Assembly: GCA_964442615.1 (NCBI GenBank)
Contig: CAYUAG010000009.1
Span: 1 to 58,794 of the forward strand
Length of the DNA: 58,794 nucleotides
Reading direction: 5' to 3'
Source of the DNA: an uncultured bacterium
Lineage (GTDB): Bacteria; Zhuqueibacterota; QNDG01; CAYUAG01
A program made the position numbers and the translations under genes. Positions 38,101 through 49,600 of this stretch are shown in pieces. Positions within the stretch are counted from its first letter, which is position 1. The number at the start of each line of letters is the position of its first letter. The notes below the pieces were generated by a model, which did no database searches, was not told the origin of the DNA, and was given only the letters and a program-made list of their open reading frames with translations.

Positions 38101-38539
38101 AAAAGAACAAACCGAGACGCAGGATGGTATGGATGTGTGTCTCTGTGTTTTAGAAAAAAACAGTCATACACAAAAGCTTTTATTTGCCGGGGCCAAGTGT
38201 TCTCTCTATATCATTAAAAAAGGAGAGACTGAGCTTATCGAGATAAAAGGAGACCGTAAGTCAATTGGGGGAAAGCAGCGGGAGATGAAGCGGGAATTTA
38301 CCGGACATGAGTTTAAGGTTCAGAAAGGAGACAGGTTATACTTAACCACAGATGGTTTTGCGGATCAGCAGAATTCAAAGAACAGACGGTATGGATCAAG
38401 ACGGCTGAAGGCTTTTCTCCAGTCAGTTTCTGAGCTGGAAATGCAGGAGCAAGAGAAGGCATTAGCTCAGGAATTAGCCAGACATCAGGGTAAGGAAGAA
38501 CAGCGGGATGATATTACCGTGGTGGGGGTGAAAGTGTGA
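35120..38539 (+). CDS. Array unit A4: propellers, Y_Y_Y, TM, PP2C
   Basis: Blade repeats, GLPPGKYTFSVKGSNND, PPFWETWWF, intact PP2C motifs. Confidence 0.93.
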   Translation: MNINNNKSSEITIFLNMYKQFRDNILFFIFLNIFINLYAQKPNIIFKHINNEDGLSQNTVNCILQDNKGFMWFGTQDGLNRFDGERFEYYKNRPNNPNSLCDNYIQCIYEDENGIFWIGTMNGGLNRFDASINQFNRYNYNSDDSLSISNNMVNCIFKDQLGNLWIGTQNGLNRFDFQTSTFIRYLANPDDPFSLSHNYINTIFEDHSGILWIGTANGLNQYDKKTEKFLFNKTDFQNKKDKNYYSINCISEDNAGNMWLGTNKDLIRRESNTGKMTLYQDIPGNNNSLSGNTVNTICVDHQGRVWIGTDAGGLNLYDRKNDCFYHYKNDEQNPNSISDNNIVSLFQDRSGILWIGTTGYGLNQVCNFSKDFKYYHEFSDVQDSNENITIHAICEDHKGVLWLGVRDALIQYDRNNKRTIASYNYDSLDPKGISKGFIFSIAEDSDNHGNSLWISTFGGGLNCFNRETGIFKHYQNNPNDPHSLSSDYIYFLFIDHRGDLWIGTRKGINCFDRKAEHFKSYQHQQYNQKSLSNDYVYTIFEDHLHQLWLGTGNGLNRFDRKTETFLSYKNNPQDPYSISNNRIYAIAEDQEGALWIGTQGGGLNRFSRDTEKFIYYTEEDGLSNNTIYGILIDNHANFWMSTNRGISKFNPDTEEFENFDVSDGLQNLEFNTNSYFKSKEGEFFFGGIDGFNSFYPDSIEYNTYIPPIVITDFKLFNKSVPISLDSDKKSLLSMSITETEEIKLTYQQNIISFGFAALDFTVPEKNQYAYILKGFEKEWNYVGNNRNANFIGLPPGKYTFSVKGSNNDDVWNQKGTSLKITILPPFWETWWFRTLLIIMICVIAYSWYRMRVRKLERQKQKLEKQVKVRTAEIRNKNKLLEEKNEQIISSIRYGERIQNAILPLTEKIRSSLPEHFILYKPRDIVSGDFYWFNKTDGKTVLAVVDCTGHGVPGAFMSMLGNAFLNEIVTIQKILNPALILKYLHQEIRTALKQEKEQTETQDGMDVCLCVLEKNSHTQKLLFAGAKCSLYIIKKGETELIEIKGDRKSIGGKQREMKREFTGHEFKVQKGDRLYLTTDGFADQQNSKNRRYGSRRLKAFLQSVSELEMQEQEKALAQELARHQGKEEQRDDITVVGVKV

Positions 38540-38610
38540 TGATTGATATGAAGTTATAATAATAATTTTCAGCATGGAGAATATGTTTTAAAAAATGAAG
38601 GACAGATATT

Positions 38611-41600
38611 ATGAAGAATTGTAAACAGTGGTATTTGGTACAATTTTTAATATTTTTAGTTTTTAGTTGGGTTTATGCTTCAGGTAAAGATATAAAATTT
38701 CAGCATATTACTATTGATAACGGTCTTTCTCAAAATACAGTATATTGTATATTACAGGATAAAGATGGATTTATGTGGTTTGGAACCCAGGATGGATTAA
38801 ATCGATTTGATGGATATCAATTTAAATTGTATCGACACGAACAAGATGATAGCAATAGTATTAGTAACAAATATATCGTCTCTATTCACGAAACAAGATT
38901 AGGTGTTTTATGGATTGGAACTCAAAACGGCCTGAATAAATTAGATCGTAATATTGATGGATTTAAAAAATTTTTTTACAATCCCCAAAATCACAACAGC
39001 CTAAGCCATAATTTTGTGACTTCTATTTATGAAGATAAGACTGGCAGGTTATGGATAGGTACTAAGGATGGATTAAACAGATATAATAGTGAGAGTAAAC
39101 ATTTTACTCGTTACTATCATAGCAATCAGAAATCAAACAGTTTGAGTTCTAATAAAATAACCACAGTTTTTCAAGGTCAGTCAGGTACACTCTGGATTGG
39201 AACCGAGAACGGCCTTAATCAATATCATTCTGGAGTTGAGGATTTTACTCGGTATTTTCATGATCCAAAAAATCCCCATACCTTAAGTAATAATCATGTA
39301 ACATCGATTTATCAAGATCGTTCTGGTATACTTTGGATTGGAACAGAGGATGGACTCAATCAATTTAATCAAAACACAGGATATTTTACAAGTTATTTTA
39401 ATAAACTGGGTAATCACAATAGTTTGAGTAATAACCATGTCCTATCGATTTATGAAGATAATTCAGGTATATTATGGATTGGAACAACTAATCAGCTTAA
39501 TCAACTTGATCGTTCTTCAAACAGTTTTATCCGTTACAAAACCAATCCCGGTGATAGAGCCGGCTTAAACAATAATTATATTCTCTCAATATACCAAGAC
39601 CGATCAGGTATGCTGTGGTTAGGCACATATGGTGGGGGATTGAATACTTTTGACGGAACAGTAAAATATTTTATTCATTATCGTGCCATAGCAGATAAAT
39701 CCAATAGTTTAAATAATAATGATATTTTATCATTTTATGAAGATAAGCAGGGTATGCTCTGGATTGGTACGCATGGAGGGGGACTCAATCGGCTTAATCT
39801 GTCATCAGGTCAGTTTAGGTTTTATCAGAACGATCCTGGTGATCTTTACAGTCTGAGTAATGATTATGTAAGGGCCATTTGTGAAGACCACAAGGGAACA
39901 CTCTGGATTGGTACAGATGGGAGTGGGATTAATAAATTTGACCGTAAAACAGAGAAATTTATTCGTTATCAGAAGGATAACAGTGATATCCACAGCATAA
40001 ACAGCAATATAATCAGGAGTATTTGTGAAGATAGTTATAACAACCTCTGGATTGCCACATTTGGGGGTGGATTAAACCGATTTGATCGGGATTCAGAAAA
40101 TTTTCATCATTTTAAATACGATTCCAATGATACTACAAGTCTGAGTTATGACGATGTATACGTAGTTCATGAGGACCGCTCCGGTGTACTCTGGATTGGC
40201 ACCTATGGTAAAGGATTAAACAAACTCATAAACAATAAAGAGAAAATCTTAAATCCAAGATTTGTTAGTTATAAACATAATCCCGATAATTCGAATAACT
40301 TAAGTAACAATTTTATCATGTCAATCTGTGATGATCAATCAGGTATGCTTTGGATTGGTACTCATAATGGATTAAATAAATTTAATCCTAATGAAGAAAC
40401 CTTCCAGGTTTATACTGTTAAGGATGGTCTTCCCAACAACATGATATATGGAATATTAGAAGATAACCAGAGAAACATTTGGGTGACCACAAACAAAGGT
40501 TTATCAAAATTTAATCCAAAAACAGAAACGTTTAAGAATTATGATGTCAGTAATGGACTGCAGAGCAATGAATTTTGGGGTGGATCTTATTTTAAAAATA
40601 AGAAGGGGGAACTCTTTTTTGGTGGTGTGAATGGTTTTAATGTTTTCTATCCGGACAGTGTAAAAGAGAACTCCTATATTCCACCTGTTGTAATCACTGA
40701 TCTACAAATATTCAATAAACCAGTTTCGATTGGAGAGGAAGTGAATGGTCGAGTAATATTAGAAAAATCAATATTGAAAACTGACAAAATTAAACTGAGT
40801 TATAAGGAACGTTCTTTTTCATTTGAATTTGCTGCGCTTAACTATATCTCCCCAGAAGGGAATGAATATAAATATAAAATGGAGGGTTTTGAGAAAAAAT
40901 GGAATTATATCGGAAATAGACGTTTTGCTACTTATACATCTCTACCTCCTGATCATTATACATTTCAGGTTATTGGTTCAAACAACGATGGTATATGGAA
41001 CCAGGAAGGCACTTCCTTAAAGATAACCATAACTCCTCCTTTCTGGCAAACCTGGTGGTTTCGAGCTTTAATAGTAATTTTTGTTGTAGGAGTAGCTTTC
41101 AGTTGGTATAAAATGAGGGTTAGAAATCTGGAGAAGCAGAAGCAGAAATTAGAAATACAGGTTAAAGAAAGGACAACAGAAATTCGTTATAAGAACAAAC
41201 AGCTTAAGGAGAAGAATAATCAGATTCAAGATAAGAACGAACAGATCCTGAGCAGTATCCGATACGGGGAGCGTATTCAAAATGCTATTTTACCCCTGAC
41301 CGAAAAGATACGGTCTTCCCTGCCTCAACACTTCATTTTTTACAAACCCAGAGATATTGTCTCCGGTGATTTTTACTGGTTTAATCAAATTGATGGGAAG
41401 ATAGTATTAGCTGTGGTAGACTGTACTGGTCACGGGGTACCGGGAGCCTTTATGTCCATGTTAGGGAATGCTTTCCTGAATCAAATAGTTACCGAACAAA
41501 AGATTCTTAATCCACCTTTGATTTTAACACGTTTTCATGAAGAGGTGCGCGCTGCCTTAAAACAAGAACAAAATAATATTAACACTCAAGATGGAATGGA

Positions 41601-42006
41601 TGTATGTCTCTGTGTTTTAGAAAAAAACAGTCATACACAAAAGCTTGTATTTGCCGGAGCCAAGTGTTCTCTCTATATCATTAAAAAAGGAGAGACTGAG
41701 CTTATCGAGATAAAAGGAGACCGTAAGTCAATTGGGGGAAAGCAGCGGGAGAAGAAACGGGTATTTACCGGACATGAGCTTAAGGTTCGGAAAGGAGACA
41801 GGTTATACCTGACTACAGACGGATTTGCTGATCAACAGAATTCAAAGAACAGACGATATGGATCAAGACGGCTGAAGGCTTTTCTCCAGTCAGGTTCTGA
41901 GTTGGAGATGCAGGAGCAGGAGAAAGCATTAGCCCAGGAGTTAGCCAGGCATCAGGGTAAGGAGGAACAGCGGGATGATATTACAGTGGTGGGAGTGAGG
42001 GTGTGA
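38611..42006 (+). CDS. Array unit A5: propellers, Y_Y_Y, TM, PP2C
   Basis: Signal peptide MKNCKQWYLVQFLIFLVFSWVYA, blade repeats, PPFWQTWWF, intact PP2C motifs. Confidence 0.93.
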   Translation: MKNCKQWYLVQFLIFLVFSWVYASGKDIKFQHITIDNGLSQNTVYCILQDKDGFMWFGTQDGLNRFDGYQFKLYRHEQDDSNSISNKYIVSIHETRLGVLWIGTQNGLNKLDRNIDGFKKFFYNPQNHNSLSHNFVTSIYEDKTGRLWIGTKDGLNRYNSESKHFTRYYHSNQKSNSLSSNKITTVFQGQSGTLWIGTENGLNQYHSGVEDFTRYFHDPKNPHTLSNNHVTSIYQDRSGILWIGTEDGLNQFNQNTGYFTSYFNKLGNHNSLSNNHVLSIYEDNSGILWIGTTNQLNQLDRSSNSFIRYKTNPGDRAGLNNNYILSIYQDRSGMLWLGTYGGGLNTFDGTVKYFIHYRAIADKSNSLNNNDILSFYEDKQGMLWIGTHGGGLNRLNLSSGQFRFYQNDPGDLYSLSNDYVRAICEDHKGTLWIGTDGSGINKFDRKTEKFIRYQKDNSDIHSINSNIIRSICEDSYNNLWIATFGGGLNRFDRDSENFHHFKYDSNDTTSLSYDDVYVVHEDRSGVLWIGTYGKGLNKLINNKEKILNPRFVSYKHNPDNSNNLSNNFIMSICDDQSGMLWIGTHNGLNKFNPNEETFQVYTVKDGLPNNMIYGILEDNQRNIWVTTNKGLSKFNPKTETFKNYDVSNGLQSNEFWGGSYFKNKKGELFFGGVNGFNVFYPDSVKENSYIPPVVITDLQIFNKPVSIGEEVNGRVILEKSILKTDKIKLSYKERSFSFEFAALNYISPEGNEYKYKMEGFEKKWNYIGNRRFATYTSLPPDHYTFQVIGSNNDGIWNQEGTSLKITITPPFWQTWWFRALIVIFVVGVAFSWYKMRVRNLEKQKQKLEIQVKERTTEIRYKNKQLKEKNNQIQDKNEQILSSIRYGERIQNAILPLTEKIRSSLPQHFIFYKPRDIVSGDFYWFNQIDGKIVLAVVDCTGHGVPGAFMSMLGNAFLNQIVTEQKILNPPLILTRFHEEVRAALKQEQNNINTQDGMDVCLCVLEKNSHTQKLVFAGAKCSLYIIKKGETELIEIKGDRKSIGGKQREKKRVFTGHELKVRKGDRLYLTTDGFADQQNSKNRRYGSRRLKAFLQSGSELEMQEQEKALAQELARHQGKEEQRDDITVVGVRV

Positions 42007-42077
42007 TGATTGATATGAAGTTAAAATAATAATTTTCAGCATGGAGAATATGTTTTAGAAAATGAAAGGGGGATATT

Positions 42078-45000
42078 ATGAAGAGTTGTAAACAGCGATA
42101 TTGGGTACAATTTTTAATATTTTTAGTTTTTAGTTGGATTTACGCTTCAGACAACAATATTCATTTTCAACATATTACTATTAATGATGGTTTGTCTCAG
42201 AATACTGTTAATTGTATTCTTCAAGACTCAAAAGGATTCATGTGGTTTGGTACGAATGATGGGTTGAACAGGTATGATGGTTACAATTATAAAGTATATA
42301 AGTTTGACGCTGAGGATGTGAATAGTTTGAGCAATAATTATATCCATTCTATTATTATGGATCGTTCAGGTATCATTTGGATTGGTACATATGGTGGTGG
42401 ATTGAATCGATTTGATAGGGAAAAAGAACAGTTTGTCCGTTATCAGGTTGATCCTGATAATCTCAATAGTTTAAGCAATAATTTTATTTATTCTGTTTTT
42501 GAAGATCATTTAGGCGCACTTTGGATTGGTACTCTGGATGGGCTCAATAAATTAATTCCAAGTGAAGAAGAAGGCACACCTCCGACTTTTATCCATTACC
42601 GAAATGATCTTAAAAATCCTAAAAGTTTGAGTTGTGACATAGTTGTATCAGTGTACGAAGATCAATCAGGTGATCTTTGGATTGGTACTTGGGGCAGTGG
42701 GCTGAACCGTTTTGATCGACATACAGAGGAGTTTATTCATTATCAACACAATCCAAATGATCCTTTTAGTCTAAGCCATAATAGGATTTGGTCTATTAAT
42801 GAGGATAGGACAGGTTCTTTATGGATTGCAACAGATGGTGGTGGATTAAATCGATTTGATAAGCAAACAGAAAAATTTCATAGGTACCAGAACGATCCTG
42901 ATGATCCGAACAGCTTGAATTGTGATGTTGTTGTCACGATATACAAAAATAGGTCAGGTTGCTTCTGGATTGGAACCGATGGTGGTGGGCTGAATTATTT
43001 TGATTTGAAAACAGAACAATTTATTCATTATGAGAATAATCTTACTGATCCTAATAGTTTAAGTCACAATGTGGTTCGATCAATATGGGAGGATAAATTT
43101 GGTATACTCTGGATTGGAACTTTGGGAGGGCTCGATAAATTCGATCCTGATAAGGTACAGTTTGCACATTATCAGAAGGAACCTGGAAATTCCAATAGTT
43201 TAAGCCATAATGAAATCAGGGCTATTTATGAAGATAAGGAAAATGTACTCTGGATCGGAACTGATGGTGGGGGATTGAATTGCTTAGATCGAAAAACAGG
43301 GCAATTTATTCATTACAGGCACGATCCGAGCAATTCCTGCAGTTTGAGTGATGATGTTGTCTTGTCCATCTATAAAGATAGATCAGACGTGCTCTGGCTT
43401 GGCACCTATATGGGAGGTCTAAATCGATTTGACCAAAAAACGAAACGATTTATACATTATCAAAACGATCCTGATAATCCCAATAGTATAAGTGATAATT
43501 TTGTGAGGTGTATTTATGAAGATAGATCAGGTGTACTATGGATTGGTATTAGTACAAATGGCGGTTTGAATAGATTTAATCAAAAAACTCAAAAATTTAT
43601 TCGATATCTACATGATCCAAATAAACCCCATAGCCTTAGTCACAATGGAGTGTCGACTCTTTATGAGGATCGATTGGATAGGTTTTGGGTTGGTACGTTT
43701 GGGGGAGGACTCAATCGATTTGACCGGAAGAAAAAACAATTTATTCATTTCAAGAACGATCCCAACGATTCTAATAGTCTGAGTGATAATAGAGTTTATT
43801 CGATTCATGAAGATTCATCTGGGGTGCTCTGGATCGGAACTGGCGGTGGGCTGAATCGTTTTGATCCAGAAAAAAGGACTTTTCAACATTACAAAGTAAA
43901 AGATGGACTGCCGAACGATGTAATTTATGGAATATTGGAGGATGATCATGGAAATCTTTGGTTGAGTACAAATAATGGATTGTCCAAGTTTAATCCGATT
44001 ACTGAAACATTTAAAAATTATAATATTGATGATGGTCTTCAGAGTAATGGATTTTATCTTGGTGCTTACTATAAAACCAGAAAAGAAGAAATGGTTTTTG
44101 GTGGTATTAATGGTTTTAATATTTTTTATCCAGACAGCATCAAGGATAATCTACACGCTCCACCAGTAGTAATTACTGATTTTCAGATTTTTAATAAGTC
44201 CGTTCCTATAGGAGAAAAAGAAGATAGATCTGCAATCCTGAAAAAATCAATCACAGAAACTAAAGAAATTGAGCTTTCTTATAAAAATAAAGTTATCTCT
44301 TTCGAGTTTGCAGCACTTCATTATGCCTCTCCTGATAAAAATGAGTATGCCTATATGATGCAAGGATTTGAAAAGGATTGGAATTATGTTGGGAACAGGC
44401 GTTTTGCATCCTATACGAATCTTCCTCCGGGTGACTTTATATTCTGGGTTAAAGCATCGAATAATGATGGTATTTGGAATGAAGAAGGGATCTCGCTAAG
44501 AATAACGATAGCACCTCCCTTCTGGAAGACATGGTGGTTTCTGACTTTAGGTATTGTTTTGCTTATTGGTTTTACTTTTTCTATCTATAGAGTTCGAGTG
44601 CAAAGTATTCAAAAGAGAAATCGAGAACTAGAAGCAAAGGTTAATAAACAAACCTATGAATTAAAAAATACAAATAAAACACTTAGAAAAGAAGTGGCAG
44701 TACGGAAGAGAATGGAGAAAGATGCCAGAAGAAGAGCTGCTCAGGCTGCGATAATTTATAAGACTGGTCAGCGGGTTGGCAGTCAGTTAGAAATTGATGC
44801 TCTGCTGCCTGAAATTGTGACCTCTGTTTGTGATGAATTTGACTATTACAGCGTAGCTCTTTTAATGATAAATGAGAAGTCAGATCATTTAATTTTGAAG
44901 GCTATAGCTGGGGAAAATGCTAAGTTTGCTCCAGTTAGTTCAAAGATTAGAATGGGAGAGGGAATAACAGGATATGTTGCCCAGTGTGGTGAGACACAGG

Positions 45001-46562
45001 TCTCAGGAGATATTAGAAAGAATTCTCATTATGTTTCTTTTGGAAAAGAAAAAACCAAATCTGAGCTGACAGTACCATTAAGGAGTGGGAAGAGAATTAT
45101 TGGTGTTCTTGATATTCAAAGTGATACATTAAAAGCCTTTGATAAAATCGATGTTACAGCAATGGAGACCCTTAGTATCCAGATCACTTCAGCCCTAGAA
45201 AATGCACGACTCTATGAAAAAGCTCAACATGAGATTTCAGTACGAAAAAAAGCAGAGAAAGAGCTTAGCCAGAAGAATAATGAGCTTGAGACATTGGACA
45301 GTGTAGTAAGGGTTATCAACAAAGAGATAGACCTGGAAAATGTTCTCCAATCACTTTTAGGACAAGCACTTAGCCTCCTGCCTCAGGCTGAGAGAGGTTC
45401 ATTTTTGATTTATGATGAGGATTTGGAGAGGTATCGATATGCTGTAGTAGATGGGTATAATATAGAAAATGTGCAGAACATTCATCTTACTAAAGAAGAG
45501 GTGATAAGTCGTTATACGGAACATTCGGAACAATTGGAAGAGGGATCGTATGTTATACAGAGTATGGAAGGATTAAGTGCTCAGCATAAGTTGCAGCATC
45601 TTGAGACACCCAAGTCAATATTGGCCATGTCAGTGATCTTGGAAGGCAGGTTAGAAGGATTTTTGATATTGGATAACATGTCAGATCAGTATACCTTTGA
45701 TAAAACTGATGTTCAGAAATTGCTTCGTTTTCGGGAACACGCAGTATCAGCATTTATCAAGGCAAAGAGCCTACGGTTGTTGGAGGAGAAGAATAAGAAT
45801 ATCTTAAGCAGTATTCGATACGGAGAGCGTATTCAGAATGCCATTTTACCCCTGACCAAAAAGATACGATCTTCCCTGCCTCAACACTTTATTATCTTCA
45901 AACCCCGAGACATAGTCTCTGGTGATTTTTACTGGTTCAATCAGGTGGATGGGAAGATTGTCCTGGCAGTAATAGACTGTACCGGTCACGGTGTCCCCGG
46001 GGCCTTTATGTCCATGTTAGGTAATGCATTCCTGAATCAAATAGTTACTGAACAAAAGATCATGAATCCCTCTTTGATTTTAAAACGTCTTCATGAAGAG
46101 GTCCGTACTGCTTTAAAGCAGAAACAAGAGAAGGTTGACACCCAGGATGGTATGGATGTGTGTCTCTGTGTTTTAGAGAAAAACAGTCACACCCAAAAGC
46201 TTTTATTTGCGGGAGCCAAGCGTCCGCTCTTTGTTTTCAAAAAGGGAGAGTCTAAACTTACTGAAGTTAAAGGAGACCGCAAATCAATTGGGGGAAAGCA
46301 GCGGGAGGAGAAGCAGGTATTTACCAGTCATGAGATTAAGGTTCAGAAAGGAGATCAGTTATACCTGACCACAGATGGTTTTGCGGATCAGCAGAATCCG
46401 AAAAACAAACGATATGGCTCAAGACGGCTGAAGGCTTTTCTCCAGTCAGTTTCTGAGTTGGAAATGCAGGAGCAGGAGAAAGTATTAGCTCAGGAATTAG
46501 CCAGACATCAGGGTAGAGAGGAGCAGCGGGATGATATTACGGTGGTAGGAGTGAAGGTTTAA
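42078..46562 (+). CDS. Array unit A6: propellers, Y_Y_Y, TM, GAF, GAF, PP2C
   Basis: Signal peptide like A2 and A5. First GAF matches GAF2 of A2, second is homologous to the last GAF of A2, and the PP2C matches A2. Confidence 0.93.
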   Translation: MKSCKQRYWVQFLIFLVFSWIYASDNNIHFQHITINDGLSQNTVNCILQDSKGFMWFGTNDGLNRYDGYNYKVYKFDAEDVNSLSNNYIHSIIMDRSGIIWIGTYGGGLNRFDREKEQFVRYQVDPDNLNSLSNNFIYSVFEDHLGALWIGTLDGLNKLIPSEEEGTPPTFIHYRNDLKNPKSLSCDIVVSVYEDQSGDLWIGTWGSGLNRFDRHTEEFIHYQHNPNDPFSLSHNRIWSINEDRTGSLWIATDGGGLNRFDKQTEKFHRYQNDPDDPNSLNCDVVVTIYKNRSGCFWIGTDGGGLNYFDLKTEQFIHYENNLTDPNSLSHNVVRSIWEDKFGILWIGTLGGLDKFDPDKVQFAHYQKEPGNSNSLSHNEIRAIYEDKENVLWIGTDGGGLNCLDRKTGQFIHYRHDPSNSCSLSDDVVLSIYKDRSDVLWLGTYMGGLNRFDQKTKRFIHYQNDPDNPNSISDNFVRCIYEDRSGVLWIGISTNGGLNRFNQKTQKFIRYLHDPNKPHSLSHNGVSTLYEDRLDRFWVGTFGGGLNRFDRKKKQFIHFKNDPNDSNSLSDNRVYSIHEDSSGVLWIGTGGGLNRFDPEKRTFQHYKVKDGLPNDVIYGILEDDHGNLWLSTNNGLSKFNPITETFKNYNIDDGLQSNGFYLGAYYKTRKEEMVFGGINGFNIFYPDSIKDNLHAPPVVITDFQIFNKSVPIGEKEDRSAILKKSITETKEIELSYKNKVISFEFAALHYASPDKNEYAYMMQGFEKDWNYVGNRRFASYTNLPPGDFIFWVKASNNDGIWNEEGISLRITIAPPFWKTWWFLTLGIVLLIGFTFSIYRVRVQSIQKRNRELEAKVNKQTYELKNTNKTLRKEVAVRKRMEKDARRRAAQAAIIYKTGQRVGSQLEIDALLPEIVTSVCDEFDYYSVALLMINEKSDHLILKAIAGENAKFAPVSSKIRMGEGITGYVAQCGETQVSGDIRKNSHYVSFGKEKTKSELTVPLRSGKRIIGVLDIQSDTLKAFDKIDVTAMETLSIQITSALENARLYEKAQHEISVRKKAEKELSQKNNELETLDSVVRVINKEIDLENVLQSLLGQALSLLPQAERGSFLIYDEDLERYRYAVVDGYNIENVQNIHLTKEEVISRYTEHSEQLEEGSYVIQSMEGLSAQHKLQHLETPKSILAMSVILEGRLEGFLILDNMSDQYTFDKTDVQKLLRFREHAVSAFIKAKSLRLLEEKNKNILSSIRYGERIQNAILPLTKKIRSSLPQHFIIFKPRDIVSGDFYWFNQVDGKIVLAVIDCTGHGVPGAFMSMLGNAFLNQIVTEQKIMNPSLILKRLHEEVRTALKQKQEKVDTQDGMDVCLCVLEKNSHTQKLLFAGAKRPLFVFKKGESKLTEVKGDRKSIGGKQREEKQVFTSHEIKVQKGDQLYLTTDGFADQQNPKNKRYGSRRLKAFLQSVSELEMQEQEKVLAQELARHQGREEQRDDITVVGVKV

Positions 46563-46628
46563 CTAAGTGAACTATCTAACCTAAATTTAAGCTTCAGATT
46601 ATTTAAGTAGAACTGATTTCAACAATTA

Positions 46629-49600
46629 GTGAAATCTGCGCTATCAGTGGCTAAAAGGAATAAGGAAAAACAAATGACAAGTTTTAATTATATCAAAACT
46701 GCATTATTAACACCAATGAAACATTGCTTATATTCAGTGACTGTCAATTATTTATTTTATATTTTTAAAATGGTTGTTTTACTGATTATTGTTTTGTGGA
46801 GTTCTTTTGATGGTTGGGCACTTGATCCCCAAAAAGCGATAACACAATATATTATGAATAACTGGCAGTTGAAAGAAGGGCTTCCACATAACTCTATCCT
46901 TGCAATAGTCCAAACTCGTGATGGTTATATTTGGTTAGGAACAGGAAATGGTCTTGTGCGTTTTGATGGAGTTCGTTTTATTGTCTTTAATAAAAGGAAC
47001 ACAGAACAAATAAAAATGAATGTTATCGAGACGCTTTATGAAGATAGAATAGGAAACCTTTGGATTGGTACCAGCAGTGGACTGGTCTGTCTGCGAGATG
47101 GTAAATTTACTATTTATACAATAGAGGAAGGCTTGTCCCACGACTATGTGAAATCAATCTATGAAGATAGGGTGGGTAATCTCTGGATCGGAACCAAGGG
47201 TGGCGGATTGAACCGGCTTAAAGATGGAAAATTTACTGCTTATACTACAGAAGAGGGCTTATCAAACAATAATGTCAAGTCAATTTATTTGGATCGAGAA
47301 GGGACTCTCTGTATCGGTACTGAGGGTGGGGGATTGATGTTGTTGAGAGATGAAAAGTTCACCATCTTTACTACAAAAGATGGTCTGTCAAACAATTATA
47401 TATCTTCTCTTTATGAAGATCAAAAGGGGAATCTATGGATTGGTACCTTGAATGGACTTAATAAATTCAGAGATAGTGAATTTACAGCTTTCACTACGAA
47501 AGAGGGTATGTGTAACAATGAAGTGAACGTGATCTATGAGGACAGGGAAGGTAATCTCTGGATTGGTACTGATGGCGGGCTTAATCGATTCAAAGATGGT
47601 GAATTTGCTTCTTTGACGATGAAAGAGGATTTGTCTCACAACATTGTGTGTTCAATCTATGAGGACAGGGAAGGGAATCTATGGGTAGGTACCTTGGATG
47701 GCGGGCTAGTCTGTCTTCGAGATGGTAAATTAAGTACTTATAGCACCAAAGAAGGTCTTTCGCATAATTTTATCTATTCAGTTTATGAAGATCGAGTAGG
47801 GAATATATGGATTGGTACTAGTAATGGTGGTCTGAACTGTTTAAAAGATGGTAAATTCACAACTTATACTTCCAGAGATGGTATTTCAACAAACAGCAAC
47901 ATTTTGACTATCCTGGAAGACCGAGAAAGAGCTCTCTGGATTGGTACTGATTGTGGCCTAAATCGAATGAAAGAAGGAAAATTCACCATCTACACAATCA
48001 AAGAAGGTCTTTCTGATGACATGGTCAGATGTGTTTATGAAGATCAAGCTGGCAATCTATGGATCGGTACTCACAATGGCGGTCTAAATCGGCTGGAGAA
48101 TGGAAAGTTTATCAATTACACAACCAATGATGGATTAATGAGCAATACAATCACATATCTTCATGAAGATAAAGAAGGAGCACTCTGGATAGGTACTCTT
48201 GGTGGATTGAACTGCATTAAGGAGGGAAAAATTACCTCCTATACTACTAAAGAGGGGCTGACAAACAACAACATTAATACTATCTATGGAGATCATGAGG
48301 GAACACTCTGGATAGGTACACGATGTGGCGGTTTGAATTGTCTCAAAGATGGAAAATTTACCTCTTACAGTATTAAAGACGGCCTCTTTAGCGATGTTAT
48401 TATTCATATCCTTGAAGATAATAATAATAATCTTTGGATTAGTTACAATAATGGAATTTTTCAGGTTAGTAAGAAAGATCTCAATGATTTTACAGATGGG
48501 AAAATCAATGCCATCCATTCCACCTCATACGGCTTAGTCGATGGAATGAGGAGCAGTTCATGTACTGGGGGTGTACAGTCTGCAGGATTGAAGAGTCATG
48601 ATGGAAAACTTTGGTTTCCAACCTTAAACGGAGTTGTTATGATTGATCCAGATAATATTAAAATTAACAAACTGCCGCCGCCTGTGATTATTGAGGAAGT
48701 ATCAGTTGATAATATGATAATTAACCCTGAATTAATAAAAAAAATTGATCGGATTGTTTTTTCTCCAGGAAAAGAAAGGTTTGAATTTTACTATACTGCA
48801 TTGAGTTTCACAGTTCCCGAAATGGTAAAATTCAAATACAAATTGGAAGGGTTTGATATAAATTGGATAGATACGGATAATAGAAGAATGGCTTATTACA
48901 TGAACATTCCACCAGGGGACTATATATTTAAAGTTATTGCATGTAATAACGATGGTGTTTGGAACACGACAGGTGCTAGCTTTTCCTTTTATCTAAAACC
49001 TTTTTTTTATCAGACAAAGTGGTTTTATGGTTTGTGTGTTGTGTTAGTTTTTTTTATGGGATTTATAGGGTACCGTCTGCGAGTTCGACAGTTAAAAGTA
49101 CAGAAGAAAAAGCTCGAAAGGAAAGTAGAAGAAAGGACGAAAGAAATAAGAGAACAGAAATATATTATCGAAGAAAAGAATGAACAACTCCAAAAGAAGA
49201 ACGAACAAATACTTAGCAGCATCCGATACGGGGAGTGTATACAAAATGCTATTTTACCCCTGACCGAAAAGATACGATTTTCTATACCTCAACACTTCAT
49301 TCTTTATAAACCAAGAGATATTGTCTCCGGTGATTTTTACTGGTTTAATCAGGTAAATGGAAAGATAGTTTTGGCAGTGGTGGACTGTACCGGTCACGGT
49401 GTGCCGGGAGCCTTTATGTCCATGTTAGGTAATGCTTTCCTAAATCAAATAATTACTGAACAACAAATAATGGATCCTTCTTTGATTTTAACACGTCTTC
49501 ATGAGGAAGTTCGGACTGCCTTAAAGCAGGAACAAGGGGAAGCCGACACTCAGGACGGTATGGATGTGTGCCTCTGTGTTTTAGAGAAAAACAGGCACAA

